A stretch of 64,000 nucleotides of DNA from Promethearchaeia archaeon. GTDB taxonomy: Archaea > Asgardarchaeota > Lokiarchaeia > Sigyniarchaeales > SOKP01. The stretch covers positions 1 to 64,000 of the forward strand of contig JAHQWG010000012.1 of NCBI GenBank assembly GCA_029856045.1, written 5' to 3'. This document shows, one piece after another, positions 1 to 9,072 of the stretch. Within the stretch, counting starts at the first letter, position 1, and every line of letters starts with the position of its first letter. Both the position numbers and the translations under genes were made by a program. The notes under the pieces are model-generated. The model saw only the letters and a list, made by a program, of their open reading frames with translations, was not told the origin of the DNA and did no database searches.

Positions 1-3000
1 TTGCATAAACTCCCGAAGTACTTGATTCATGGAATAAATAAGATTGTCCTTCAAAGGTTACTTCAATTGTAGCCCCACTAAGAGATGTACTATGTACAAT
101 ATCAATTAAACTTAGAGTAATTGATACTTCTCTATTTTGGGGCGTAAAGAATACGGTACCCCGAATGTTTTCACTTAAAGTATAGTTAATTGGCTTTGTA
201 TCTACAAAGAAATCAATTGAGGCAATGCCTTCAGAATAATCCTCTTTAACAGCAGTAATTGATAAAGTAAAATTACCTAATAAATCTGCTTCCAACGTGT
301 ATTTATATTCGCCCGGATTTTGAACCGCACTAATCGGAGTAAATGAACCCGTTTTAATTAAATCATTAGTTGGAGTATTATTCCTTATTTCGCATGTAAT
401 TGTTGCACCATTAATTAATTGTCCATCTAAATCACTGATAGAATCAGAAACATTGTAAATTGCAATAATTTCACTACTTTGATCTAAATAAAATTCTATT
501 ATCTTAACAGGAACTATAGACACTTTGTCAGAAATTGGAGTTAAAACAGTAAAAACCGGTCTCACCCATACATACGGATTATATGTATAAGTACTATAGA
601 ATTCTTTTTGTACTGTTGGAGAAACATAATAAGCCGTTGATTCAGATACATTAACGTAAGAGGTGTTAAACCAAATTAAGTAATGACCTGCCCCGTATAA
701 TGGATCTGATTCTAAATCAAAATAGCCCCATTTAGTTCCCCTATCTGCCACTCCCAATTCTTTATAAGGTTGGAATACCTGTCCAACTTTAATAGAAATG
801 TTAAGTGTATTTATATTAGCTCCTGATATTAGTCGATTTGTCCTTGGATCCTCAGTACAATAATAATTTATTATGAATGACGCGTTGTTATACCATGGAT
901 AAAACGATGGTGGTTTTATTAAATCAACTGAAGTTGCCCAGCTGTCCAATATTCTTAAAGTGAGTAATTCTGTTTGATCTTCATAATGTGCTTCATGACA
1001 AAGAAAAGTTAACTCATAATCACCAGCAGAAAATTTGGTAGCATTAATCGTGAGATTATATCGTCCATCCAATAAATCATCAAGAAATATAATCGTTGGA
1101 TAGTCTTCATTTTCAACATCTGTAAGATTGAAGAATAATGTTGATATATCAGCATTAGGCCCAATATAACCTCTAGTAGAATTTATTGTATAGTTGAGTA
1201 TTATAGATGTCAATTCGCCTTGTGCAATTTTTAAAAAGGTTGAGGTTACCTCGTAATCATTATCAATTTCCCAATCGATAAAAGTTGGAATTTCTTTTAC
1301 TGTTAAAGAAAAAGTTTTAGTTCCCATATTAATATCAGTTTTATTTGCAAAGACATAAAGATCGTATGTTCCAACATCCAATGTAGAAGTGTTAAGTTCA
1401 AAAAAATATCTCCCTGAACCTAAACCAGGTATCGCTCCATTTTCATTAGTGCCAATAATTGAATAATTCATAGTTGCTTGCGAGACATTTGCGATTTCAG
1501 GTAATATCGTAGTATAATTTAAAAATAATGTACTATTATCATTCCAATAGACATTAAGGTCAGTTCCAGTCTCAATTTTTTGTATTGTTGATGTATGATT
1601 ATAAATCTCAAAAGAAATATAAATAATAGCATCTTGAATAGATGCAATCCTTCTTGAGAGATTTACCATAACGGAATATGTTCCAGTGTTATATTTTGAG
1701 CTATTTAATAGAAAAGAATAGTTTCCTGAACCAATTTGAGATAATGTATCGTTAAAGATCATATCTTCGCCTATAAATAAACTCCAATTTGATTGAGCAT
1801 CGGTAATGCCACCACCTATCTTAAGATTCTCATAATAGACCGTGACATTAACTAAGTCGTTTTTATATATTGTTATATAGAATGGCTGACTGGAAATGCT
1901 CTCGTAATGTGGCCAACCTTCATTTTCTTTAGTATAATTAGTTTTTTTAATTGTTAGTTTAGATGCAGCATCTGCTATTCTTAATGTGGCGTTGATACTA
2001 ATTTCATTTGTTAGTGTAAAATTTTGTGTTTCAAAAAAATCAATCAATGAAATGTTTAAGATTAATTTTGGCCACTTGTTTTGATAATATGCCGAGACAT
2101 TATAATCATCCGCAGGTAATTTAAAAGAAACCCATCCATTAACGTCTGTTGCTGTTCTGATTATATATGCTCCAGAAGAATCCACAATTTTCATTTTTGC
2201 ATTGTATAATGGAAAATCTGTATCCTCATCATAAGCCACAAAATTTACAGTAGTCAAATTACAATCCAGAACTTGAAATACCTTTCTTTCAATAAATGGT
2301 AAATTGATTTCTTTTGTTATATTACTAATCATAAATTGTGTTTCATTTACTTCATAAATAGTCGTAATCGTGTAATTACTATTTTGAAGACCAGTAAAAG
2401 TAGCATTTCCATTTAGATCTGTCGTTTGATTCTCAATAGCTGTTCCATTTATATAATATAATTCAATTTCAGCCCCTCCTATTAATTTACTATCTCCATC
2501 TTGAGCATGTAAAGTTAAGACTTTTCCTGAAATTTGAGTCTCTCCCATTGAAGATAGTAAAGGACGATCTTGCAGTCCAGGAGCGCGATCTTCTACATAA
2601 TCTCCTTGAGAATTATTAAAAATAACACCCCACATGTTGAATTCAAAGTTTTGTAAAGCCGCTAATGCAGGAGGTCGATATCCAAGATAAATTCTTCTTC
2701 CTTCATCTAAATAAGATCCATATCGATATAATTGTGTAAAATTTCCACCTAAATTATCCCAGACAGTTCCAATACCTTCATTATATCTTTCATCGGTACT
2801 ACCAGGACCAGTATAACCATCTTCACCCTCCCTATTCCAGTCAACAAACCACGACGCAAGTTTCATAGGATTTGTAAAAGATTGGTAGCCAGAAGACATA
2901 CCATCATATGTATCATGATCAGTATATTCATTTGATAATCCAGATATAGGGTCTGAAGTAAAAGTATAACCACCCATCCCGTATGCACTATCAGGGGCAG

Positions 3001-3997
3001 TGTAAGAAGATGTTCCATAACTTGGATTCCACCAAGAGGCAAAATACCATGTCCCTTGTGAAATTGAGGTTTTGGCAGTAACAATATGCTTAATTTCAAC
3101 AGAATCATCTAAATAGTTAATCGTATAATACCGTTCATACAAAAAATTAGTATCATCATTAATCATTTTCACGGTTTTTTTGATAGGGCCATCTGAAACC
3201 ACAGCAATTGTATTTATGTCATAAATAGAACCTCCAGCATAACTCCAACTATATAACATCCAACCCCATCTAGGACCGGTACATTGTTGTTCACTACCAC
3301 TATGTTTATTTATAACTTCATAAATGTGAGCATGGTAGCTTGAAGTATCAGTTTTCAAGCTTACTGAAAATTTATTATTTTCCAACATATAATCCGAACC
3401 TTCGGAAAGTGTTGTTAATTCTAACCCTAGATTACTATAATTAGGTGCAGATTTAGCCCCATTTTGAGTGACATCAAAATAAATAAAGTAATATCTCGTA
3501 TCAGATGCATTAGTAGTTCCATTTAAAACCCATGAGAGTTCTCCTATAGCATTGCTGTCTGCGTCATAACCAGTGCCTTGAGCAAATTGATAAGGTATTT
3601 CTCCAATTATACTACCAATTGAATTGTATTCAATTACTCTAATGGAATTTTCATCAAAAGTTCCAAATTCTGATGAATTATGTAATAAATTAGTAAAGTC
3701 AATATTAAGATCAACTATACGATTGGTAAAATTTATTGGGTTGTTTGAAAAGGTACCTTTTGCAGTAACATTTATATTAGCTCTATAACTCCAATCATAA
3801 TCCCACCAAGCTTCAGGATCAAAAGGTCCTTGAAGTTTTGGAGTGGAAAATATCTTTTTATTATCATCATCATCATCATCGTTTTTAAGAATTTCAGAAT
3901 TGCTATTGATTTGTAGAATTGGCATTATTCCCAGAAATAGCGTTCCAAATATTAGAAATATAAGTAAATCCACTTTAAATTTTTTAGATATATGCAT
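1..3997 (-). CDS. Large secreted/cell-surface protein (signal peptide, DUF2341-like N-terminus, tandem Ig-like repeats), 3' end outside window
   Basis: ATG at 3997 gives MHISKKFKVDLLIFLIFGTLFLGIMPIL (signal-like), then WWDYDWSYR and FDENSIRVIEY, and repeated G(S)GxYxxxxNT/S..GTY motifs. The frame was stop-free wherever I translated it, down to base 2. Missing from the ORF track because its stop lies outside the window. Confidence 0.8.
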   Translation of the reverse strand, partial: MHISKKFKVDLLIFLIFGTLFLGIMPILQINSNSEILKNDDDDDDNKKIFSTPKLQGPFDPEAWWDYDWSYRANINVTAKGTFSNNPINFTNRIVDLNIDFTNLLHNSSEFGTFDENSIRVIEYNSIGSIIGEIPYQFAQGTGYDADSNAIGELSWVLNGTTNASDTRYYFIYFDVTQNGAKSAPNYSNLGLELTTLSEGSDYMLENNKFSVSLKTDTSSYHAHIYEVINKHSGSEQQCTGPRWGWMLYSWSYAGGSIYDINTIAVVSDGPIKKTVKMINDDTNFLYERYYTINYLDDSVEIKHIVTAKTSISQGTWYFASWWNPSYGTSSYTAPDSAYGMGGYTFTSDPISGLSNEYTDHDTYDGMSSGYQSFTNPMKLASWFVDWNREGEDGYTGPGSTDERYNEGIGTVWDNLGGNFTQLYRYGSYLDEGRRIYLGYRPPALAALQNFEFNMWGVIFNNSQGDYVEDRAPGLQDRPLLSSMGETQISGKVLTLHAQDGDSKLIGGAEIELYYINGTAIENQTTDLNGNATFTGLQNSNYTITTIYEVNETQFMISNITKEINLPFIERKVFQVLDCNLTTVNFVAYDEDTDFPLYNAKMKIVDSSGAYIIRTATDVNGWVSFKLPADDYNVSAYYQNKWPKLILNISLIDFFETQNFTLTNEISINATLRIADAASKLTIKKTNYTKENEGWPHYESISSQPFYITIYKNDLVNVTVYYENLKIGGGITDAQSNWSLFIGEDMIFNDTLSQIGSGNYSFLLNSSKYNTGTYSVMVNLSRRIASIQDAIIYISFEIYNHTSTIQKIETGTDLNVYWNDNSTLFLNYTTILPEIANVSQATMNYSIIGTNENGAIPGLGSGRYFFELNTSTLDVGTYDLYVFANKTDINMGTKTFSLTVKEIPTFIDWEIDNDYEVTSTFLKIAQGELTSIILNYTINSTRGYIGPNADISTLFFNLTDVENEDYPTIIFLDDLLDGRYNLTINATKFSAGDYELTFLCHEAHYEDQTELLTLRILDSWATSVDLIKPPSFYPWYNNASFIINYYCTEDPRTNRLISGANINTLNISIKVGQVFQPYKELGVADRGTKWGYFDLESDPLYGAGHYLIWFNTSYVNVSESTAYYVSPTVQKEFYSTYTYNPYVWVRPVFTVLTPISDKVSIVPVKIIEFYLDQSSEIIAIYNVSDSISDLDGQLINGATITCEIRNNTPTNDLIKTGSFTPISAVQNPGEYKYTLEADLLGNFTLSITAVKEDYSEGIASIDFFVDTKPINYTLSENIRGTVFFTPQNREVSITLSLIDIVHSTSLSGATIEVTFEGQSYLFHESSTSGVYA

Positions 3998-4227
3998 ATT
4001 AAACCCTTTTTATTAGAGATTGATATTTAATTTTATTTATAACTAAATTTTTAAAAAATAATGTTAGATATATAATCAAAATTTGAGTATTAAAATTTTT
4101 ATAGGTTAATATTATCGAAATATCACAAAAATTTCAAAAATGAAGAAAATTTGATTATGTAGTGAATAAATCCGACAAAAATTATGATGATTTTTTGAAA
4201 TAATTTAAACAATTTTATGTGTATTAT

Positions 4228-4857
4228 TTAAGGTTTTTTTTTTAGGAATAAAAAAATTTTTCTCTTTTTAGGGCTTTTAATATTATCTATAATAAAGTTT
4301 CCCTCGAAAAAATCTTTTTTTTTGAAGGTAGAGCCAATTTTTTCCATAATATTTTTTGTTTTAGGATAAAATTGAAAAATTACTTTTCCATTAGGTTTTA
4401 AAATTCGATGAAATGAATTGATTAAATTATATAAATTATTTTCCATATTAGTATTATTTAAATCTGAATATATCCATTGAAGTGCGGAGATTGATATTAT
4501 TGCCTCAAAAGTCTCATCTCTAAAAGGAGTTAAACATATATCGGCAAGAGTAGGATTTAATTCAGGAATTTGATAATAAGTAAGTAAATGTTTAATAATA
4601 TCCAACGATACTACATTGAAACCCAACTTATTAAGAACAATTGAAGAGAAACCACAACCACTCCCCGCATCAAGGACTAAATCTTTTGGTTGAATTTTAA
4701 TAATTTCTAATGCCCGTAAAGTAATTTTTTCTTGTATTTTCATCATACTTTTGGATGTACTATATTTAATTACTTGGTCATCTTTAAAGTATTCAAAAAC
4801 ATTTTGATAAATTTCTTCGGGTCTCTTTGCCTTAATATTAAAATTATAATCAGTCAC
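4228..4857 (-). CDS. SAM-dependent methyltransferase, Bud23/WBSCR22-like (rRNA m7G)
   Basis: RPEEIY, IQEKITLRALE, LDAGSGCG, AIISISALQW, FQFYP and SPKKRKIFL match Bud23 motifs. Confidence 0.75.
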   Translation of the reverse strand: MTDYNFNIKAKRPEEIYQNVFEYFKDDQVIKYSTSKSMMKIQEKITLRALEIIKIQPKDLVLDAGSGCGFSSIVLNKLGFNVVSLDIIKHLLTYYQIPELNPTLADICLTPFRDETFEAIISISALQWIYSDLNNTNMENNLYNLINSFHRILKPNGKVIFQFYPKTKNIMEKIGSTFKKKDFFEGNFIIDNIKSPKKRKIFLFLKKKP

Positions 4858-4988
4858 AATTCATAACTTCAAATAAAAAGTCCTTGTCAACAAATATAAA
4901 AAGAATAAATTTTATATTTTTTCAATCTCTACATTTCTTAATATAATTATTCTTAAATTGCATATAAGGACATTTATTATCAATAAAG

Positions 4989-5294
4989 GTGCAACAGGTG
5001 TCTGAAAAAGAAGAAAAATTAAGTGTAGTCAAAAAAACGATTAAACTTGGAAGAAAATATGGAAGAGTAAAACAAGTAAATATTACAAAAAGAGATGTTT
5101 TTATTCCTACTGGTTTAGAAAAACAAATAAAGGAAGAGATTATGAAACTAAAAACAATTACTCCAACAACATTATCAATGAAGTATGAGATTAGAGTTTC
5201 AACTGCGAAAAAATTACTAGAAAAATACAAGGAGGAAGGTCTTTTAGTTTTAAAGAAGTCAACCCCCAAATTTAAAGTATATATTCCTGCTTGA
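4989..5294 (+). CDS. rps25e: Ribosomal protein eS25
   Basis: Basic 101 aa; ITPTTLS..YEIRVSTAKKLL...EGLL winged-helix pattern. Confidence 0.8.
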   Translation: MQQVSEKEEKLSVVKKTIKLGRKYGRVKQVNITKRDVFIPTGLEKQIKEEIMKLKTITPTTLSMKYEIRVSTAKKLLEKYKEEGLLVLKKSTPKFKVYIPA

Positions 5295-5344
5295 GGTTAA
5301 ATATTTTTTATAATTTATCTTTCCGATATTGGAATGAAATTAAA

Positions 5345-6226
5345 TTATTCATCTTTCTTATCTTCTTTAATCATTCTGAGAAAATCTATAAAGGCATTTT
5401 TTTCTTTAGATAATTCCTTTTCTAAAAATTCTTTTATCTCTTCAGATAAAATTATTGCGTTTTTTAGATCGTATTTAAAAAAATAAAATATATTTTTATC
5501 AGATAATTTTCTTTTTGAAATTTTTTTCTTAATTTGTTTAGTTTTATTAGGATCATTTAATATTAAGATATGGTCTTTTCCAATTTTTGAGGCTGATATT
5601 AATGCAAGCCAATGATAAGATGAATTAATTGCAATACAATGATTGGGAGCTTTCTCAATATGATTTTTGATAGCTTGATATTTTAAGGTAAATCTTTCGC
5701 GATTTATGTCTTTCAAATCTTCATTTGTAAAATAAAAAAATCCACTCAAATCACTTAATTCTTGAGAGATATACTTTCCACCAAATAGACTAAAGAGAAT
5801 CCTTAATTCATAATCATGTTTTATTGAATAGAGGTGATTCCTAATAATGAAAGGATTTACTAAACCTGTTTTAAAATAAGAATCTAGTGTGTGTGTTTTC
5901 AGTTCACTATTTAAAATAAAATCCGTGTCTTTCTTTTTTTTAAGTTCAGATTTAATGAGTATTTTAGAATTTTCAAGTAATTCAGGGATTTCTTTTGATA
6001 AATGTTCGCTTAATTTATTATTTGCGAGTGATTTTAGAAGGAAATATTCAAGTACATACGACCATCGAAATTCTTTTTTGTTATATTTGAGATCTAATAC
6101 CAGAAATTTCATTTTTTTGAAAAATCCTTCTAAAAATTCTTTTATAGTAATATTTTTTTCAGGATTAATCAACATTAGAAAAGTGGATAATCCACAACTA
6201 TTAGGTAATTGAGAATAAAGGGGCAA
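5345..6226 (-). CDS. Hypothetical protein with papain-like (C39-like) catalytic motifs
   Basis: N-terminal QLPNSCG, later YHW and LNDP (Cys-His-Asp). Confidence 0.5.
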   Translation of the reverse strand: MPLYSQLPNSCGLSTFLMLINPEKNITIKEFLEGFFKKMKFLVLDLKYNKKEFRWSYVLEYFLLKSLANNKLSEHLSKEIPELLENSKILIKSELKKKKDTDFILNSELKTHTLDSYFKTGLVNPFIIRNHLYSIKHDYELRILFSLFGGKYISQELSDLSGFFYFTNEDLKDINRERFTLKYQAIKNHIEKAPNHCIAINSSYHWLALISASKIGKDHILILNDPNKTKQIKKKISKRKLSDKNIFYFFKYDLKNAIILSEEIKEFLEKELSKEKNAFIDFLRMIKEDKKDE

Positions 6227-6446
6227 TTTATGTGACAGGATAAAAACCTCGAGTTTTCAATATTAAAAATTTAAAAAATGTTTAATTAATATTTTATAAA
6301 ATGATATATATTTCGAATTTGAAAATCTTGATAGCAAAATGAAGAAATTTCCATTATTTGAATGTGAGTAAAAAAAATTAAGAAAAACTTCCTATATTTA
6401 ATAATAGAAAATAAAAAAAGAAAATTAATTAAACCATATAACACAA

Positions 6447-6546
6447 GCAGAAGTAGTCTAGTGGTAAGGCGCCGGCCTCGAGATTCTTAGAATCAGGAGA
6501 GCCGGTGTGTGTTTCACACGCGGGGGTTCAATTCCCTCCTTCTGCG
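6447..6546 (+). tRNA. tRNA-Ser(CGA) with 17-nt intron at 37/38 (6483..6499)
   Basis: Acceptor GCAGAAG/CTTCTGC plus G73; D-loop AGTGGTA; anticodon stem CCGGC/GCCGG with CGA at 6479-6481; long variable arm TGTGTG-TTT-CACACG; T-loop TTCAATT. No encoded CCA. Confidence 0.9.
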
Positions 6547-6586
6547 CATTTTGTGATCATATTTTAGTAATAAAGGTCTGATTATC

Positions 6587-7681
6587 ATGCAAGATAGAAA
6601 AAAAATCTTAGTTGTAGGAGAATGCCATATTGACTTGTATTATAAAACACAATTCTTTAACCAACTTATTGAAAGAATTTCAGATAGACTCTTTAGTCTT
6701 TATGAAATAAATAAAATTCAATCGAAAAATTCTTTGAAAGAGAGGATTTTAGAGACGATTTTAGATTCACGTAAAAAAAATGAAGGAATTTTTTTTTTAA
6801 ATCGTGGAGGAAATGGGAATAATTCTGCAGAATTAATGGTAAAATTAGGATTACCTATAAAATTACTAACAATTATTGGAAAAGACGCAAATTGGATATT
6901 AGACGAATTGGGAAATATGGGAATTGACATAGAAAATGTATATCAAATTGATAAACAAACCCCAATTAGCACAATTATTGAAGACCCACCGATTACAAAA
7001 ATATTTGTATCTCCAAATTTAAAACAAGAAATGAATTTTGATAAGATTGAATTAAATAAGAGTGTTTTACCTGGAAACAAGATCATTTATTTTACACCTA
7101 TTGCGAAAAAATTTAAAAAGCTCATTAAATTAGCAAAACACCAAAATATAATATCAATCTTCACGATAGAATTACAACAAGTAAAATCAATTGAAGAATT
7201 AGAAGAAATATTGGATTATAAAATGGATATTATGTTTTCTAATCTTAAGGATTTAACGGAAATATTGGGAACCTCCATAGTAGGTGTTGAAGATGATATT
7301 GCAACAGAGAATTTAATTGATAGAATTGATGAAATTATGAAACAATTTTCCCATATAAGGATTTACACATATGGAAAAGAAGGTTCCTTTATAAGGAGCG
7401 AACATAATATTAAAATTAAAATCCCAATAATACCAGTTAAAGTTTTAGATCAAACAGGTGCTGGAGATACCTATTCCGCTGGATTTATATCAAAACTTTA
7501 TAATCTTATTGAAGATTTAAATCATCTCAAATCACTTTATCAACCAGAAAATCGTAAAGAATTATTTGAAGTATTAGAAAATTGCGGAAAATTTGGTACA
7601 TACACGGCTGCATTTAAAATCTCAAAAGGAGAGAGCCCAAATGAAAAAGAATTAGATAAATTTTTAAAGAGCCAATTTTAA
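6587..7681 (+). CDS. PfkB-family carbohydrate kinase
   Basis: GGNGNN and DQTGAGDTY signatures. Confidence 0.85.
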   Translation: MQDRKKILVVGECHIDLYYKTQFFNQLIERISDRLFSLYEINKIQSKNSLKERILETILDSRKKNEGIFFLNRGGNGNNSAELMVKLGLPIKLLTIIGKDANWILDELGNMGIDIENVYQIDKQTPISTIIEDPPITKIFVSPNLKQEMNFDKIELNKSVLPGNKIIYFTPIAKKFKKLIKLAKHQNIISIFTIELQQVKSIEELEEILDYKMDIMFSNLKDLTEILGTSIVGVEDDIATENLIDRIDEIMKQFSHIRIYTYGKEGSFIRSEHNIKIKIPIIPVKVLDQTGAGDTYSAGFISKLYNLIEDLNHLKSLYQPENRKELFEVLENCGKFGTYTAAFKISKGESPNEKELDKFLKSQF

Positions 7682-7691
7682 AATCGAGAAT

Positions 7692-8621
7692 TTATGTAAG
7701 GATTTGTGAAATAATTTCTTCCATATTATCTCTCTCGGCTTCAATTGCATCTAAAGCGCTAACTGTTTTTTCTAAATCTTTTTCTTCTTCAATTAGGATC
7801 AATAAATAAAAATCGAAATTACTTAATTTTAAAACTTCAATAACACCTGAAAAACGTTTTCCACTTGAAAGTGTATCAGAAAATTCATGTTTTTCTTTAT
7901 TTTCCATTTTTATTTTTTTTAAAACTTCCAAGTATAGATTATAAATTTTCAGTTTATCAATCAACCTTAATGCTGAATAATATTCTCCAACTGTGATTCC
8001 CGTAGAATCGATTAAAGAAATGAAAAGAATATTATATCTTTTAGAAATATCTTCGAAATAGCTATAAAGCATCTCAATATTTTCGAAGAGAAACGAGAGT
8101 CCAGTAGAAAAAGCATCCATAATACTTTTGATATCATAAATAGATGTTTCAAAAAAATAAATCTGAAATTCTTTATATTTCAATAAATTTTGCTTTAATA
8201 CCAATGCTCTTTTATTTAATTCTCGATTCTCTTTTATGTCTGGATCAAATTTGTGAAGGAGAATAAGAATAGGAAAATATTCCCGTTGCTCCTTGAAATA
8301 CTCCATAACTTTATCAAAATAATCCAGTGACTCCCCATAGCGGTTAGGATCTTGGCAATCAATTAAATAAAATAAAAGATCTGTATTTGCTAGATAACGG
8401 TGAGGGAATTTTAAATAATCATCTCTATATTGTATCTGACCTCCAAAATCGTGACTAATAATTTCTAAATTTAAGAATTGAAATTCCTCTCGTTCAATTA
8501 ATCTTGTAGGTTTTAATGCTTTTACTGTGTCTACATAACCAAATTTTTCTTTAATTGATACTATCACTGAGGTTTTGCCTGAATTATCAAGTCCTAAAAA
8601 TTTAATGGATTTCTTTGGCAT
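7692..8621 (-). CDS. Small GTPase (Rag/Arf-like) with C-terminal roadblock/longin-like domain
   Basis: GLDNSGKT, PT, DFGGQ, HKFD, ETSI; C-terminal region of about 130 aa starting FISLIDSTGITVG. Confidence 0.8.
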   Translation of the reverse strand: MPKKSIKFLGLDNSGKTSVIVSIKEKFGYVDTVKALKPTRLIEREEFQFLNLEIISHDFGGQIQYRDDYLKFPHRYLANTDLLFYLIDCQDPNRYGESLDYFDKVMEYFKEQREYFPILILLHKFDPDIKENRELNKRALVLKQNLLKYKEFQIYFFETSIYDIKSIMDAFSTGLSFLFENIEMLYSYFEDISKRYNILFISLIDSTGITVGEYYSALRLIDKLKIYNLYLEVLKKIKMENKEKHEFSDTLSSGKRFSGVIEVLKLSNFDFYLLILIEEEKDLEKTVSALDAIEAERDNMEEIISQILT

Positions 8622-8719
8622 TATAATCTTAAAAAAACTTAGTATGATTCAAAATTTTCACTTTACTATTGTAAAATATATATAATGATAATATATATAT
8701 AATTTCTCATGATTTAGAT

Positions 8720-9001
8720 TTAACCTCCCGAGACTGGAAGGGATAGATAAATTTTATCATTATCAGTTAATTTAGTTTTTTTTCCTTTTAAGAATCGTAC
8801 ACTTCTTCCATTTAGAAGGATTATTATCAAGTCACTTACAAAATTTTGTTTTGTATTTAAAAAATCAGTCCCAATTTTATCTTTATATTCTGCTAGAAAT
8901 TTTGAAATGAGTTGTTTGATATTATTAGCTTCATATTCTAAAACATTCTTTTTAACTCTTAGATAAAAAAAATTTAGTAAATATAGCTGTACTTTAGCCA
9001 T
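8720..9001 (-). CDS. Ubiquitin-like sulfur carrier (MoaD/ThiS/SAMP/Urm1 family)
   Basis: 93 aa; ILLNG..., LTDNDKI, C-terminal PVSGG. Confidence 0.85.
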   Translation of the reverse strand: MAKVQLYLLNFFYLRVKKNVLEYEANNIKQLISKFLAEYKDKIGTDFLNTKQNFVSDLIIILLNGRSVRFLKGKKTKLTDNDKIYLSLPVSGG

Positions 9002-9072
9002 AATCTTATAAAAAGAGATTTTTTAACTTTTTAAACATCATTATTATAAAAATTAACCAAATTTTAATTTCC

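Noticed and set aside
6447-6546. tRNA-Sec (long variable arm, G73, a TCA inside the intron)
   Set aside because: It has a normal 7/5 acceptor/T-stem and 4-bp D-stem with CGA in the anticodon position, so it is tRNA-Ser.
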